Source: Candidatus Omnitrophota bacterium (GTDB lineage Bacteria; Omnitrophota; Gorgyraeia; 1-14-0-20-64-10). Taken from it: a stretch of DNA of 48,053 bases. Made by a program: the position numbers and the translations under genes. Location: NCBI GenBank assembly GCA_023248155.1, contig JAHFFE010000009.1, forward strand, positions 1-48,053, read 5' to 3'. Positions 35,219 through 45,275 of the stretch are shown one piece after another. The notes beneath the pieces were generated by a model. That model searched no databases. It was not told where the DNA came from and was given only the letters and a program-made list of their open reading frames with translations. Positions within the stretch are counted from its first letter, which is position 1. Each line of letters starts with the position of its first letter.

Positions 35219-36012
35219 GCCGCTTTTTTCTGAGCGATCGCTTTCTTTTTCTGCTTCAGCGTTTCAGGGTTCTCGCCGATCACGGGGTCTTCAAAACGCA
35301 AATCGAGGTATTTCGCTTCGGTTAACACATTGCGCCGCTGGCTTAACACGCCGGCCAACCGGTGCCAGCCGTCTTTCAGATGATCTTTGGAAAAACGGAC
35401 TTCTACCCCTGTATCTAAACTAACAAAAATATCGGTTCCTGTCAGCCGGATTCGTGTCACAGCATGATTGGCCAACCCTTCGCCGCGGCGCAGCGTTACC
35501 AGCAGTTCGGATGCTTTCCAGAAGTCGTCCATGCCCAGCGGATCGCCCGGCTGGAACGACGATGCGTTAAAACCATCCGACGAAAGAATCGTCAGCCGGT
35601 CATAGGGGGCGCGGCTGCCGCGCGCGACGATCAGCGCGTCATCGCTGACCGGATAATAAAGCCCGCCGCAGTAAACCTGTGCCACCACGCGCCGTTTGCG
35701 CATCGTCGCGACGATCTTGTCGGGGAACTGCCGCTCGACTTTGCGCACTTCGGAAATCGGATAGCGCTGCTGGAACGCTTTTTGCAGAGCGTTTAAATCA
35801 AGCAGAAAGATGGAGGTGGGCGGGCTTAAACGGAAACGGGCCGGGCCCGGATCTTGCTCGCCAACCCAATGGATTTCAATTTCACGGACCAGGAATTCCG
35901 GCCGCACTATGAATTTCTGAACGAGCGCCTGAAGACCGATGGCCACCAGCAGAATTCCAATCAAAGCAAGCCCAAAAAAAACGCCGCGGCCGTTCGATTT
36001 TTTAGAGGCCAT
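35215..36012 (-). CDS. ftsQ: Cell division protein FtsQ/DivIB
   Basis: Single N-terminal TM, VERQFPDKI (POTRA), YLDLRF. Start moved to ATG 36012. Confidence 0.85.
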   Translation of the reverse strand: MASKKSNGRGVFFGLALIGILLVAIGLQALVQKFIVRPEFLVREIEIHWVGEQDPGPARFRLSPPTSIFLLDLNALQKAFQQRYPISEVRKVERQFPDKIVATMRKRRVVAQVYCGGLYYPVSDDALIVARGSRAPYDRLTILSSDGFNASSFQPGDPLGMDDFWKASELLVTLRRGEGLANHAVTRIRLTGTDIFVSLDTGVEVRFSKDHLKDGWHRLAGVLSQRRNVLTEAKYLDLRFEDPVIGENPETLKQKKKAIAQKKAA

Positions 36013-36917
36013 CAGTAGGCCGATTCCAGCATCCGGCGGCAAAGCTCCGGAAAAGAAACCCCGGTCAGCGCGGCCGCTTTCGGAAGCAGGCTCGAGGCGG
36101 TCATGCCCGGAATCGCGTTAAGTTCCAACACAACCGGCCCCCGCCCTTCGGCCAGAATAAAATCGACGCGCGAGAACGATCGGCAGCCGAGCGCTTCATG
36201 CGCGCGGCGCGCAATCTCCTGAACCTGATGCGCGACCGGCTCAGGTAAAGGAGCAGGAACCAGATAGTCGGTCATGCCCGGCGTATATTTGGCGACAAAA
36301 TCGTAGAAGCGCCGCTTCGGCACCAGTTGAATGACCGGCAGCGGCTGATTATCAAGCATGCCGACGGTCAGTTCCGGACCCGGAAGATATTCTTCGAGAA
36401 GAATCGATCCCCCGCCGGGCGCGGCCAGCGCAACCGCTTCCGATAATTGATCGATTGAGTCGATGATGCTGATGCCGATGGAAGATCCCTCTGAAACCGG
36501 TTTGACCACCAGCGGAAATTTCATTTTCTCGGCGTGAGCTGCCGCGGAAAGCGGATCGGTTAATTTCCATTCGGGCACTGGAATGCCGGCGGCAGCCCAG
36601 CGGCGGCGGCTGTGGACTTTATCCATCGCGTAGCGGCAGGCCTCCGAGGAAGAACCGGTATACGGAATTTTCATCTGCTCGAGCAGCGCCTGAACGGTGC
36701 CGTCTTCACCGTAACGGCCGTGCAGCGCGATAAAAGCGGTATGCAGGCCCAACTGGCGGATCTCCTCGGGAATCTGCTCAATCTGCTCGGAGAGAACCAC
36801 GAGCGAGACCGGCAGACCCAGCGAGCGGAGCGCCTCATAAACGGCCTGGCCGCTGCGGATTGAAATATCCCGCTCGCGGGACGGGCCGCCGCATAAAACG
36901 CCGATGACCTTACTCAC
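36012..36917 (-). CDS. ddl: D-alanine--D-alanine ligase
   Basis: GGPSRERDISIRSG, ALHGRYGEDG, EGSS, ELNAIPGMT. Confidence 0.96.
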   Translation of the reverse strand: MSKVIGVLCGGPSRERDISIRSGQAVYEALRSLGLPVSLVVLSEQIEQIPEEIRQLGLHTAFIALHGRYGEDGTVQALLEQMKIPYTGSSSEACRYAMDKVHSRRRWAAAGIPVPEWKLTDPLSAAAHAEKMKFPLVVKPVSEGSSIGISIIDSIDQLSEAVALAAPGGGSILLEEYLPGPELTVGMLDNQPLPVIQLVPKRRFYDFVAKYTPGMTDYLVPAPLPEPVAHQVQEIARRAHEALGCRSFSRVDFILAEGRGPVVLELNAIPGMTASSLLPKAAALTGVSFPELCRRMLESAY

Positions 36918-37869
36918 CCCGCCCCTCCGACGGCAAAACCTGCACTTCTAATTCCAGATCGGCGCCAAATTGTTTTTTAACTTTTTCGCGCGCCATCGCA
37001 ATCAAAGCGAACACATCAGCCGCTTTGGCGTCGCCGAGGTTCATGATGAAATTGGCATGTTTATTGGAAATCATCGCGCCGCCGATACGCGTCCCTTTTA
37101 AACCGGCCTGGTCGATCATCCATCCGGCCCCTTTGGCCGGTTCGCCCGGGGCGTGGGGTTTCGGGTTTTTGAAAATACATCCCACGCTGGGCGAACTCCA
37201 GTCTTGTGTCTTCTTCTTGAACTCCCAAAGCCGTTTAACACGGTCGGCTACGATAGCGGGATCACCGGGAGAAAGATCCAGGTGGGCTTCCAAAACAATT
37301 TGATTTTTAAGCTCGGTGCCGCGGTAACGAAAACCAATCTGATCGGGGTTTAACGACCGGCCATTACCGGAATAGTCCATGACACGGATTGATTGAACGA
37401 TGTCGCCAAAATGATGGAACTTTCCTTCGTCGTCGTGCGTGCCGGCATTCATCCGGATGCCTCCGCCCACCTGCCCCGGCACTCCGGCCAAAAACTCCGC
37501 GCCGCTTAATCCGGCTTCCTGCGTGCGGCGGACCAGCCACTCCAGCGGAAGCGCGGCACCGGCAATAAAGATGGAACCTTCCCGCCGTGAATACTGAAAG
37601 CTGGAACCGGCCAAATGAACAACCATGCCCGGGATTCCTTCATCGCGCACCAGCAAATTCGCGCCGCCGCCGATCAACGTTATCGGAAGTGCCGCCGTTG
37701 AAGCGATCGACAAAACTTTTTGGAGCTGCTGTTCTCCGTTGGGCTCGGCCCAGATTTCGGCCGGGCCTCCCAGATGAAATGAGGTATGCAGCCGCATCGG
37801 TTCGTCGAAACGGACGCGGCCCGGCAGGGCGGCCAACAATTCTTTTTTTACGATGGATAAATCCCTCAC
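36910..37869 (-). CDS. murB: UDP-N-acetylenolpyruvoylglucosamine reductase
   Basis: HTSFHLGGPA, GGGANLL, MNAG, GCIFKNP, HANF, LELEV. Confidence 0.96.
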   Translation of the reverse strand: MRDLSIVKKELLAALPGRVRFDEPMRLHTSFHLGGPAEIWAEPNGEQQLQKVLSIASTAALPITLIGGGANLLVRDEGIPGMVVHLAGSSFQYSRREGSIFIAGAALPLEWLVRRTQEAGLSGAEFLAGVPGQVGGGIRMNAGTHDDEGKFHHFGDIVQSIRVMDYSGNGRSLNPDQIGFRYRGTELKNQIVLEAHLDLSPGDPAIVADRVKRLWEFKKKTQDWSSPSVGCIFKNPKPHAPGEPAKGAGWMIDQAGLKGTRIGGAMISNKHANFIMNLGDAKAADVFALIAMAREKVKKQFGADLELEVQVLPSEGRGE

Positions 37870-39260
37870 ACAGATCCTCGCTTTCGCGAGGATGACATAC
37901 CTAAAGAGCTGAAAAACTTCCTCGACAAAACACCCACGTCGCCCGCGCCGAGGAACAGGACCAGATCCCCCGGACGCGCGGTGGTTCGTAAATATTCTAA
38001 CGCGCCGGGCGCCGTTTTGAGCATCGCGCGGCGATGGCCGGCCGATTTAATTTTTCTCAGCAGCGCGCTGGAATTCACGCCCGGCAGAGGTTCTTCGGAT
38101 GCGGCATAGATCGGCAACAAGATCAATTCGTCCGCGGAGCGGAAACAGTTGGAAAACCGGTCCATTAAATAACGGGTGCGGCTGTACCGGTGCGGCTGAA
38201 AAACACAGCGAACGCGGCGCTTGCCCCATTCACACGCGGCTTTCAGCGTGGCATTAATCTCCGTCGGATGATGTCCATAATCTTCGACCACGCAAACTTC
38301 ATTCACCTGCCCGTGCACCTGAAAACGCCGGCCCGCGCCCTGATAAGCAGCCAATGTTTTTTGAATGACCTTGAACGAAACTCCGGCCGAGCGGGCAACT
38401 GCAACCGCGGCGAGACTGTTGAGAATATTGTGGCGGCCCGGAACTTTCAGCGTAATTGTTCCCAGTTCCTTGCCGGAATAAACCAGGCGGTAAACTGTCC
38501 GGCCCGGAGAAAATTGAGTTCGAATGGCACGAACCTGCGCGCCCCGTCCAAAACCATAGGTGATAACACGCGCTTTCACTTTTTTAAGAAGAACCCGAAC
38601 CGATGGATCATCGTAACAGCCGATCACCGATCCTCCGGCAGGCACCGCCCCGGCGAACCGCCGGTAAGCCTCTTCAATCTCGGCGCGATTGCGGAAATAA
38701 TCGAGATGTTCGTCGTCAATGTTGGTAATCACGGCCGCCCAGGGATCGAGCCAAAGAAACGACCCGTCCGATTCATCGGCCTCGACCACCGCGTATGAAC
38801 CGCGGCCGAAACGAGCATTGCCGTTTAATTTTTCGAGTTCGGCGCCGAGGACCACCGTCGGATCAAAACGGGCATCCATTAAAATCGAACCGATCATCGC
38901 GGTCGTGGTGCTTTTTCCATGCGCGCCGGCCACAGCGATTGTTTTTTTGGATTGGACCAGTTCCGCCAAAAATTGCCCGCGGTGATAAACAGGAATGCCC
39001 TTGTTGCGAGCCGCCATCAGTTCCGGGTTTGAAGGAATAATCGACGAGGAATAGACCACCATTCCGGCATCGGTTAAATGAGACGCCCGATGGCCGATAT
39101 GCACGCGCGCGCCGAGTTTTTTAATTTTTGTGAGCACCGGGTTTAACGCACTGTCAGAGCCGCTGACGCGCGCCCCTTTTGCCATCGCCAAACGAGCCAC
39201 CGCGCTCATGCCGATTCCACCCAGCCCGATAAAATGAATCCGTTCGTTCTTTATCCGCAC
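37866..39260 (-). CDS. murC: UDP-N-acetylmuramate--L-alanine ligase
   Basis: HFIGLGGIGMS, GAHGKSTTT, EADESD, DYGHHPTE, FQPHRYSRT. Confidence 0.97.
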   Translation of the reverse strand: MRIKNERIHFIGLGGIGMSAVARLAMAKGARVSGSDSALNPVLTKIKKLGARVHIGHRASHLTDAGMVVYSSSIIPSNPELMAARNKGIPVYHRGQFLAELVQSKKTIAVAGAHGKSTTTAMIGSILMDARFDPTVVLGAELEKLNGNARFGRGSYAVVEADESDGSFLWLDPWAAVITNIDDEHLDYFRNRAEIEEAYRRFAGAVPAGGSVIGCYDDPSVRVLLKKVKARVITYGFGRGAQVRAIRTQFSPGRTVYRLVYSGKELGTITLKVPGRHNILNSLAAVAVARSAGVSFKVIQKTLAAYQGAGRRFQVHGQVNEVCVVEDYGHHPTEINATLKAACEWGKRRVRCVFQPHRYSRTRYLMDRFSNCFRSADELILLPIYAASEEPLPGVNSSALLRKIKSAGHRRAMLKTAPGALEYLRTTARPGDLVLFLGAGDVGVLSRKFFSSLGMSSSRKRGSV

Positions 39261-40321
39261 CGGACAGCCTCGTTGATTAATTGCTCCAGCCGCCGTTGAG
39301 CGCCCGATAGAAAAACCGGTTGAACGGTTTTGTTCGTCGCCATTAATTCGATCGCCGTGCGCAATGCAACCGAAGAAAGATTTTCTTCGTCGATCATGAC
39401 CGCGCCGCCGGACGATTCCATCCGCGCGGCATTGGCACGCTGGTGCCCTCCCGCATGCGGATACGGAATAAGCACCGCAGGAATACCGAACGCGGCCATT
39501 TCAGCCAAACCGGTGGCCCCGGCGCGAGAAACCGCAGTCGTCGCGGCCTTCAACGCAAACGGCATCTCTTCAAGAAACGGATAGACTTTCGCGCGGATTC
39601 CAAGCCGGGTATACGCAGTCTGTACGCGGTTGAAATCAGACTGGCCGGTCAGATGAATCACCTGCCAGCCGGTCCGGAAACCGGGTGTCGCCTCTTCCCA
39701 GAAAGAGATCATCGCTTCATTAATGCGGCGAGCACCCTGGCTGCCGCCCATGATCAGCAGCACCGGGGTACGCGTATCAAAACCGAACCAGGCGCGGGCT
39801 TGTTCAAATGAAGTGACCTCCGGATCATGACGGACAGGATTTCCAGTGACGGTAACGCGGACCGGTTTTTTAAAATAGCGTTCCGTTTCCGGAAAACTTG
39901 CGGCCACCGCGAAAGCAAAGCGGGCGGCTAAACGGTTGCCCAGTCCCGGAACAAGATTCTGCTCATGCAAAATAACGGGAATCCCTTTCCGGCGCGCGCA
40001 GAAAGCGGCCCAGGCGCTTAAGTAGCCGCCAAACCCAACCAGACAGTCCGGTTTTTCAGAGGCCAGAACCGCGTTAACGCGGCGCAGCGCCGCCCATTGC
40101 CGCCGCGCGTACGACGGAGAGAGCCAGCGAAAAACAGGGGTCATTCTTTCAAGCGCAACGGTTTCCCAGGGAAGCCCGGTCATTTGAGAGATTTTTTTAT
40201 CCATCGGCCGCGCCGTCGTAAGCATTAAACAGGCGGTGCCGTTTTTTTGAAGATGTTCGGCTAAAGCCAGCGCCGGAATTAGATGTCCACCGCTGCCGCC
40301 GGAGACAAGAACCACTTTCAC
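39251..40321 (-). CDS. murG: Lipid II GlcNAc transferase
   Basis: GGSGGHLIP, GFGGY, HEQN, GNPVR, GGSQGA, HQRANA. Confidence 0.96.
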   Translation of the reverse strand: MKVVLVSGGSGGHLIPALALAEHLQKNGTACLMLTTARPMDKKISQMTGLPWETVALERMTPVFRWLSPSYARRQWAALRRVNAVLASEKPDCLVGFGGYLSAWAAFCARRKGIPVILHEQNLVPGLGNRLAARFAFAVAASFPETERYFKKPVRVTVTGNPVRHDPEVTSFEQARAWFGFDTRTPVLLIMGGSQGARRINEAMISFWEEATPGFRTGWQVIHLTGQSDFNRVQTAYTRLGIRAKVYPFLEEMPFALKAATTAVSRAGATGLAEMAAFGIPAVLIPYPHAGGHQRANAARMESSGGAVMIDEENLSSVALRTAIELMATNKTVQPVFLSGAQRRLEQLINEAVRCG

Positions 40322-41439
40322 GCGGCAATACTCTCCGAGGGAAGTTCGACGGCCGGCGTGACCGGACGCACCACATTCAGCAGCACGGCGACCGCCATCA
40401 AGTTGGCAATCAGCGAACTTCCTCCGTAACTGATAAACGGCAATGGAAGGCCTTTGGTCGGAATAGTGCCCGTCGTGACCGCCACATGCACAAGCGTCTC
40501 CAGCGCGAACAGCATAATAATGCCGGTCGCCGTCAGCATGCCGAATGAATCGGGCGCGGAAAGCGCCAACCGGATTCCGTACCAGAACATCAGGAAAAAC
40601 AAAATTAAAATAATCGTGAGGCCGATGAAGCCGAGTTCTTCACCCATCACGGAGAAAATAAAGTCGGTATGCGCGGCCGGCAGATAAAACAGTTTTTGGC
40701 GGGATTCGCCCAGCCCAGTGCCGAGCCACCCGCCCGACCCCAGCGCGACCAGCGACTGGATCAGCTGAAAACCGGCGCCTTCCGGATCGGCCCAGGGGTT
40801 CATGTAGGCCATCACGCGCCGCATCCGGTACGGTTTGATCGCGATCAGCATCACCAGTACCGGAATCGCAGCCAAAAATATCGGCGCGATAATTTTCCAA
40901 TCGACCTCGGCCAAAAACAGCATCAATATCGCCACGACAGCCGTCGCGACTGAAGTGCCCAGGTCCGGCTCAATCAAAATCAGGCCAAAGGTCATCCCCA
41001 ACACCAGCAACGCCGGCAGCACACCCTGAAAAAAATCTTTAAGCAACCCCCTCTTGCGCGTCAAAACATCCGCCATATATAAAATGACGGCCACCTGCGC
41101 AAACTCCGACGGCTGAAAACTGACCATACCGAACCGGAACCACCGGCGCGCGCCGGAAACCTTGGTTCCGATGCCGGGAATCAGCACCAATACCAGAGAG
41201 AGCAGGAGGATCAGCATCATCGGCTTGGACCATTGGCGCAGAATGCCCGGTTTCAAGCTTAAGATCCAGCCGAATCCGACAAGACCGATCGCCAGATAAA
41301 TTAAATGGCGTTTCAGAAAAAAAAGCGGGTCTTTATAAATTTCCTGCGCGTAAATGGCGCTGCTGGAATAGATCATCACGACGCCCAGCGCCACCAGCAA
41401 GGAGACCAGAATGATGAATGCTTGACGATCAGGACGCAT
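40318..41439 (-). CDS. ftsW: SEDS peptidoglycan polymerase FtsW
   Basis: GARRW, QPSE, EPDLGT, HTDFIF, GLPLPFISYGGSS; lies in the dcw cluster. Confidence 0.96.
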   Translation of the reverse strand: MRPDRQAFIILVSLLVALGVVMIYSSSAIYAQEIYKDPLFFLKRHLIYLAIGLVGFGWILSLKPGILRQWSKPMMLILLLSLVLVLIPGIGTKVSGARRWFRFGMVSFQPSEFAQVAVILYMADVLTRKRGLLKDFFQGVLPALLVLGMTFGLILIEPDLGTSVATAVVAILMLFLAEVDWKIIAPIFLAAIPVLVMLIAIKPYRMRRVMAYMNPWADPEGAGFQLIQSLVALGSGGWLGTGLGESRQKLFYLPAAHTDFIFSVMGEELGFIGLTIILILFFLMFWYGIRLALSAPDSFGMLTATGIIMLFALETLVHVAVTTGTIPTKGLPLPFISYGGSSLIANLMAVAVLLNVVRPVTPAVELPSESIAA

Positions 41440-41442
41440 GCT

Positions 41443-42807
41443 TTATCCGGTTACCGTTTTCACGGCCTCCACGAATTTTTCTCCGCGGTCTTCAAAATCG
41501 CGGAACATGTCGAAACTGGTGCACATCGGCGACAGCAGCACTGAACCGCCTGTGCGGGCCAGCTCAAACGCTTTTTTCACCGCTTCATTCATGCTGGCGG
41601 ATTGAACCAGCGGAATTTTTCCGTTCAGGCAGCGGGCGATCTTCGGGCCGTCCTCGCCGATCAGAACCGCCGCCTTCAACCGTTTGACCCAGGGCTGCAA
41701 TCGCGTAAAATCACTGCCCTTGTCGCGGCCGCCCGCGATTAAAATTACCGGACCCGCCGTCGCCTCGATCGCACAGATACCAGCCGCCACGGTGGTCGCT
41801 TTGGAATCGTTAATGAATGTCACGCCGCGGTAAACGGCAATTTTCTGCTGGCGATGCGGAAGTCCCACAAATGACCGCAATACCCGGCCGCACGCCTTCA
41901 CCGAAGCGCCCATCAGCGCCGCCGCACAGGAAGCCGCCAGCGCGTTCTCTTCATGATGAACGCCGCGTCCGTATAATTGATTTATTTTACAAACCGTGCC
42001 GTTCGTGGAACCGAGATTAAGAACGAGTTCCCCGTTTTTAAAATAGGCGCCCGCAACGGGCCGCTTGCGGCTGAACCAAACCAATTGTCCCTGCGCCAAT
42101 TTTTCAAGCGCCGATGACCCGGACTGATCGGCATTGAGCAGCGCCCATTCAGACGGCGTTTGATACGCGAACATCCGGCCTTTGGCCTGTTGATATTCGG
42201 CGAAAGAACCGTGCCGGTCCAGATGGTTATCGGTCAGATTCAAAACAACACCCACCTCGGGATGAAATGCCTTGTTCTGTTCCAGTTGAAACGAGCTGGT
42301 CTCGAGCACTACGCGGGTTTTTGGGCCCACGCGCGGAAGCACCGCTGAGAGCGGCGTTCCGATGTTGCCGCAGACAATCGCGTCGAGTCCCGATTCTGTC
42401 AGCATCTGGCCGATTAGAGTAACGACGGTTGATTTTCCGTTACTGCCGGTAACCGCCACAATGCGGCCTGAACAATACCAGCTGGCCATATCCAGTTCGT
42501 TAACGACCGGAATTCCGGATGAAAGCGCCCATCGGATCGGATCGGCCGAAGCCGGAACGCCAGGGCTGGCCACCACCAGCGATGATCCGTCGACGAAAGC
42601 ACGCGTATGGCCGCCGCATTCAACGATGGCGCCCATTTTTTGCAGCCGGCGCGCCTGCGCCCGCAGCGGCGCGCTGTCCGTTTTTTCGGTAACGCGGACG
42701 CGGCATCCGACCCGCAGCAGCCATTCGGCCGCGGCCAGACCGCTGCGCGCCATGCCCAGCACCGTTACGGCGGTGCCCGGTCCCGGCCGCGCGATTGGTC
42801 CCCTCAT
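41443..42807 (-). CDS. murD: UDP-MurNAc-L-Ala--D-Glu ligase
   Basis: TGSNGKST, GNIG, ETSSFQL, HLDRH, NDSKAT, SFDMF. Confidence 0.96.
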   Translation of the reverse strand: MRGPIARPGPGTAVTVLGMARSGLAAAEWLLRVGCRVRVTEKTDSAPLRAQARRLQKMGAIVECGGHTRAFVDGSSLVVASPGVPASADPIRWALSSGIPVVNELDMASWYCSGRIVAVTGSNGKSTVVTLIGQMLTESGLDAIVCGNIGTPLSAVLPRVGPKTRVVLETSSFQLEQNKAFHPEVGVVLNLTDNHLDRHGSFAEYQQAKGRMFAYQTPSEWALLNADQSGSSALEKLAQGQLVWFSRKRPVAGAYFKNGELVLNLGSTNGTVCKINQLYGRGVHHEENALAASCAAALMGASVKACGRVLRSFVGLPHRQQKIAVYRGVTFINDSKATTVAAGICAIEATAGPVILIAGGRDKGSDFTRLQPWVKRLKAAVLIGEDGPKIARCLNGKIPLVQSASMNEAVKKAFELARTGGSVLLSPMCTSFDMFRDFEDRGEKFVEAVKTVTG

Positions 42808-42819
42808 TATTTCCTCCTC

Positions 42820-43917
42820 CTACCGCAGTTTCAGAGAAGCCAGCGTCAACAGCGCCAGAATCGAGCCGATGATCCAGAACCGGATCGTCACTTTCGACTC
42901 GTCCCATCCCAGCAGTTGAAAATGATGATGGATCGGAGCCATTTTGAAAATCCGTTTTCCTCCGCGCAGCCGGAACGACCCCACTTGCAAAATGACCGAA
43001 ACCGCTTCCATCACAAAAATTCCGGCCAGTAAAAGCAGCAGCAGTTCTTTTTTAATCAGGATGGCGATCACGCCGATCGCTCCGCCCAGCGCCAGCGAAC
43101 CGGTATCGCCCATGAAAACCGCGGCCGGCTGACAGTTGTACCAGAGAAATCCCATGCCGGCCCCGACCAGCGCCGCGCAAAAAATAGTCAGCTCCGCGGC
43201 TTTCGGAATAAACGGAATCAACAGATACTCCGCCATTAACCGGTGCCCCGTGATGTAGCAGATCACCATTAAACAAAGCGCTACCAGCACCGTGCAGCCG
43301 ATCGCCAGTCCGTCGAGGCCATCGGTCAGGTTCACCGCATTCGTGGTGCCCACCAGCACCAGCGCAATAAACGGCAGCAGCCACAACCCCATAAAAATAT
43401 GCGGATGTTTTATAAACGGAATTTCCAGCAAGAGAGGATAAGAGGGATCGTTGATCAGCGCAAACCCGAGCGCCCCGGCAATCATGCCCTGCCAGAAAAG
43501 CCGCGTCGATTTAGCCAGGCCGCGCGACCCTTTCTGCTTCAGTTTGGTCCAGTCATCCATAAAACCGATGATGCCCAAACCCAGCGTAACACCGACGGCC
43601 AGCCAGACCATCGAATTGCCCCAATCGGCCCAGAGCAGCGTCGAGCCGAGCAGTGCGAATAAAATCAGAAGGCCGCCCATCGTCGGTGTGCCGCTCTTGT
43701 GCCGGTGCAGTTCAAACATATCCTTACCAACCTCATCGGTCGTGCGAATCTCCTGACCGATTTTCAGCGCGACCAGCCAGCGAATCATGCGCGGCGCGAT
43801 CAAGAGCGCCAGCAAAAATGCGGTCACCGTGGCCATGCCGGCACGGAATGTGATGTACCGGAAAACATTGAAACCGAACCAGTGTTCTTTTAAACCGTAG
43901 AAGAGATGGTACAACAC
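42820..43917 (-). CDS. mraY: Phospho-N-acetylmuramoyl-pentapeptide transferase
   Basis: KSGTPTMGG, NAVNLTDGLDGL, FMGDTGS, MAPIHHHF. Confidence 0.97.
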   Translation of the reverse strand: MLYHLFYGLKEHWFGFNVFRYITFRAGMATVTAFLLALLIAPRMIRWLVALKIGQEIRTTDEVGKDMFELHRHKSGTPTMGGLLILFALLGSTLLWADWGNSMVWLAVGVTLGLGIIGFMDDWTKLKQKGSRGLAKSTRLFWQGMIAGALGFALINDPSYPLLLEIPFIKHPHIFMGLWLLPFIALVLVGTTNAVNLTDGLDGLAIGCTVLVALCLMVICYITGHRLMAEYLLIPFIPKAAELTIFCAALVGAGMGFLWYNCQPAAVFMGDTGSLALGGAIGVIAILIKKELLLLLLAGIFVMEAVSVILQVGSFRLRGGKRIFKMAPIHHHFQLLGWDESKVTIRFWIIGSILALLTLASLKLR

Positions 43918-45275
43918 TCGAGGATGCTCTCCATTTTCATGCCGCGCGATCCTTTTATCAAAATCTGATCCCCCGCTTTGGCTTGCCGTGCCACAAAACG
44001 GCCCGCCTCCTGCGCCGATTCAAACCAAAATCCATTTTCTTTTGGCAAGCCCGCGTCCCACGCGGCCTCCAAAAGCCAGCGGCTGGCCTGACCGACACCA
44101 ACCAAAAAATCAGGTCCGCATGCGGCGATCTCACGGCCCATCTGCCGGTGCAGTAATTCCGATTGAGCGCCTAACTCCAGCATATCACCGACTACCACTC
44201 CGCGGCGGCCGCGTGTCTGCTGCTGAAATAAAACATCCAGCCCGGCTTTCAGCGAAGCGGGGTTGGCATTGTAGCTGTCGTCGAGAAAAAAGATCCCTTC
44301 TTTCTCAAGCCAGTTCAAACGGCCCGGCACCGCGGGAACAGTGGCCAGCCGTTCCACCGATTTATCCATCGGTTCTCCCAATTGCAGCGCAACCGCCAAC
44401 GCGGCCAGCGCGTTGGAAAGATTATGCCGTCCCGGCAACGGAAGACGCAGCGGCCATTGTCCGTTGATCAACGCCGCCGACTCTCTGGCTCCCAGCTCGA
44501 CCCGTTCGGCGCGAATCTGCGCATCGGGGCCAAACCCGTACCAGATTACCGGCCTCTTCAACGCGCGGCCGGCTTTCAGCAGCAGCGGATCATCGGCATT
44601 TAAAACTACCGGACAATCGGGATCCATCATTTGCCAAATCGCCGATTTTTCTTTCAATACACCTTCCAGATCACCAAAAGTTTCCAGATGCGATGGACCA
44701 ATCATCGTAACGACACCAATCGTCGGACGGCAAATTTCAGTCAGCGTTTTAATTTCGCCCCACAAGTTGGTCCCCAGCTCCAACACCACCGCCTGATGGC
44801 TCGCGTCGAGCCCGAACAATGTCAGCGGAACGCCGATCCGGTTGTTTTGCGTGCCGGGAGTAGCCAAGATTTTTTTGGACCCCGACAACAGATGCGCCAA
44901 AATCGTTTTGGTCGTACTTTTTCCGCATGAACCGGTAATCGCGATCACCGGAAATGAAAACCGGTCACGATGAAAACGGGCAATCGCTCCCAGGGCCGTA
45001 AGCGTGTCAGCCGTTTGAAAAACAGCGGCTCCGGCAGGAAGCGTTTCTTTAACCGGCCACTGTTCAACCACCGCCGCCGCGGCTCCCCGCTCGAATGCCT
45101 GGCCGAGAAACCGGTGTCCGTCAAACCGTTTTCCGGCAATGGCAACAAATAAACTTCCCGGCTTAATCGTTCGCGAATCAATCGAAATCCCATCGAATGA
45201 TTTCACCGGAGCGACATCATGAACCCATTCCCCTTTTACGGCCTTCTCAAGCTCCAATGAACTCAGTTGGATCAT
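43890..45275 (-). CDS. murF: UDP-MurNAc-tripeptide--D-Ala-D-Ala ligase
   Basis: TGSCGKSTTK, NNRIGVP, DDSYNANP, GDMLELG, KGSRG. Confidence 0.96.
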   Translation of the reverse strand: MIQLSSLELEKAVKGEWVHDVAPVKSFDGISIDSRTIKPGSLFVAIAGKRFDGHRFLGQAFERGAAAAVVEQWPVKETLPAGAAVFQTADTLTALGAIARFHRDRFSFPVIAITGSCGKSTTKTILAHLLSGSKKILATPGTQNNRIGVPLTLFGLDASHQAVVLELGTNLWGEIKTLTEICRPTIGVVTMIGPSHLETFGDLEGVLKEKSAIWQMMDPDCPVVLNADDPLLLKAGRALKRPVIWYGFGPDAQIRAERVELGARESAALINGQWPLRLPLPGRHNLSNALAALAVALQLGEPMDKSVERLATVPAVPGRLNWLEKEGIFFLDDSYNANPASLKAGLDVLFQQQTRGRRGVVVGDMLELGAQSELLHRQMGREIAACGPDFLVGVGQASRWLLEAAWDAGLPKENGFWFESAQEAGRFVARQAKAGDQILIKGSRGMKMESILECCTISSTV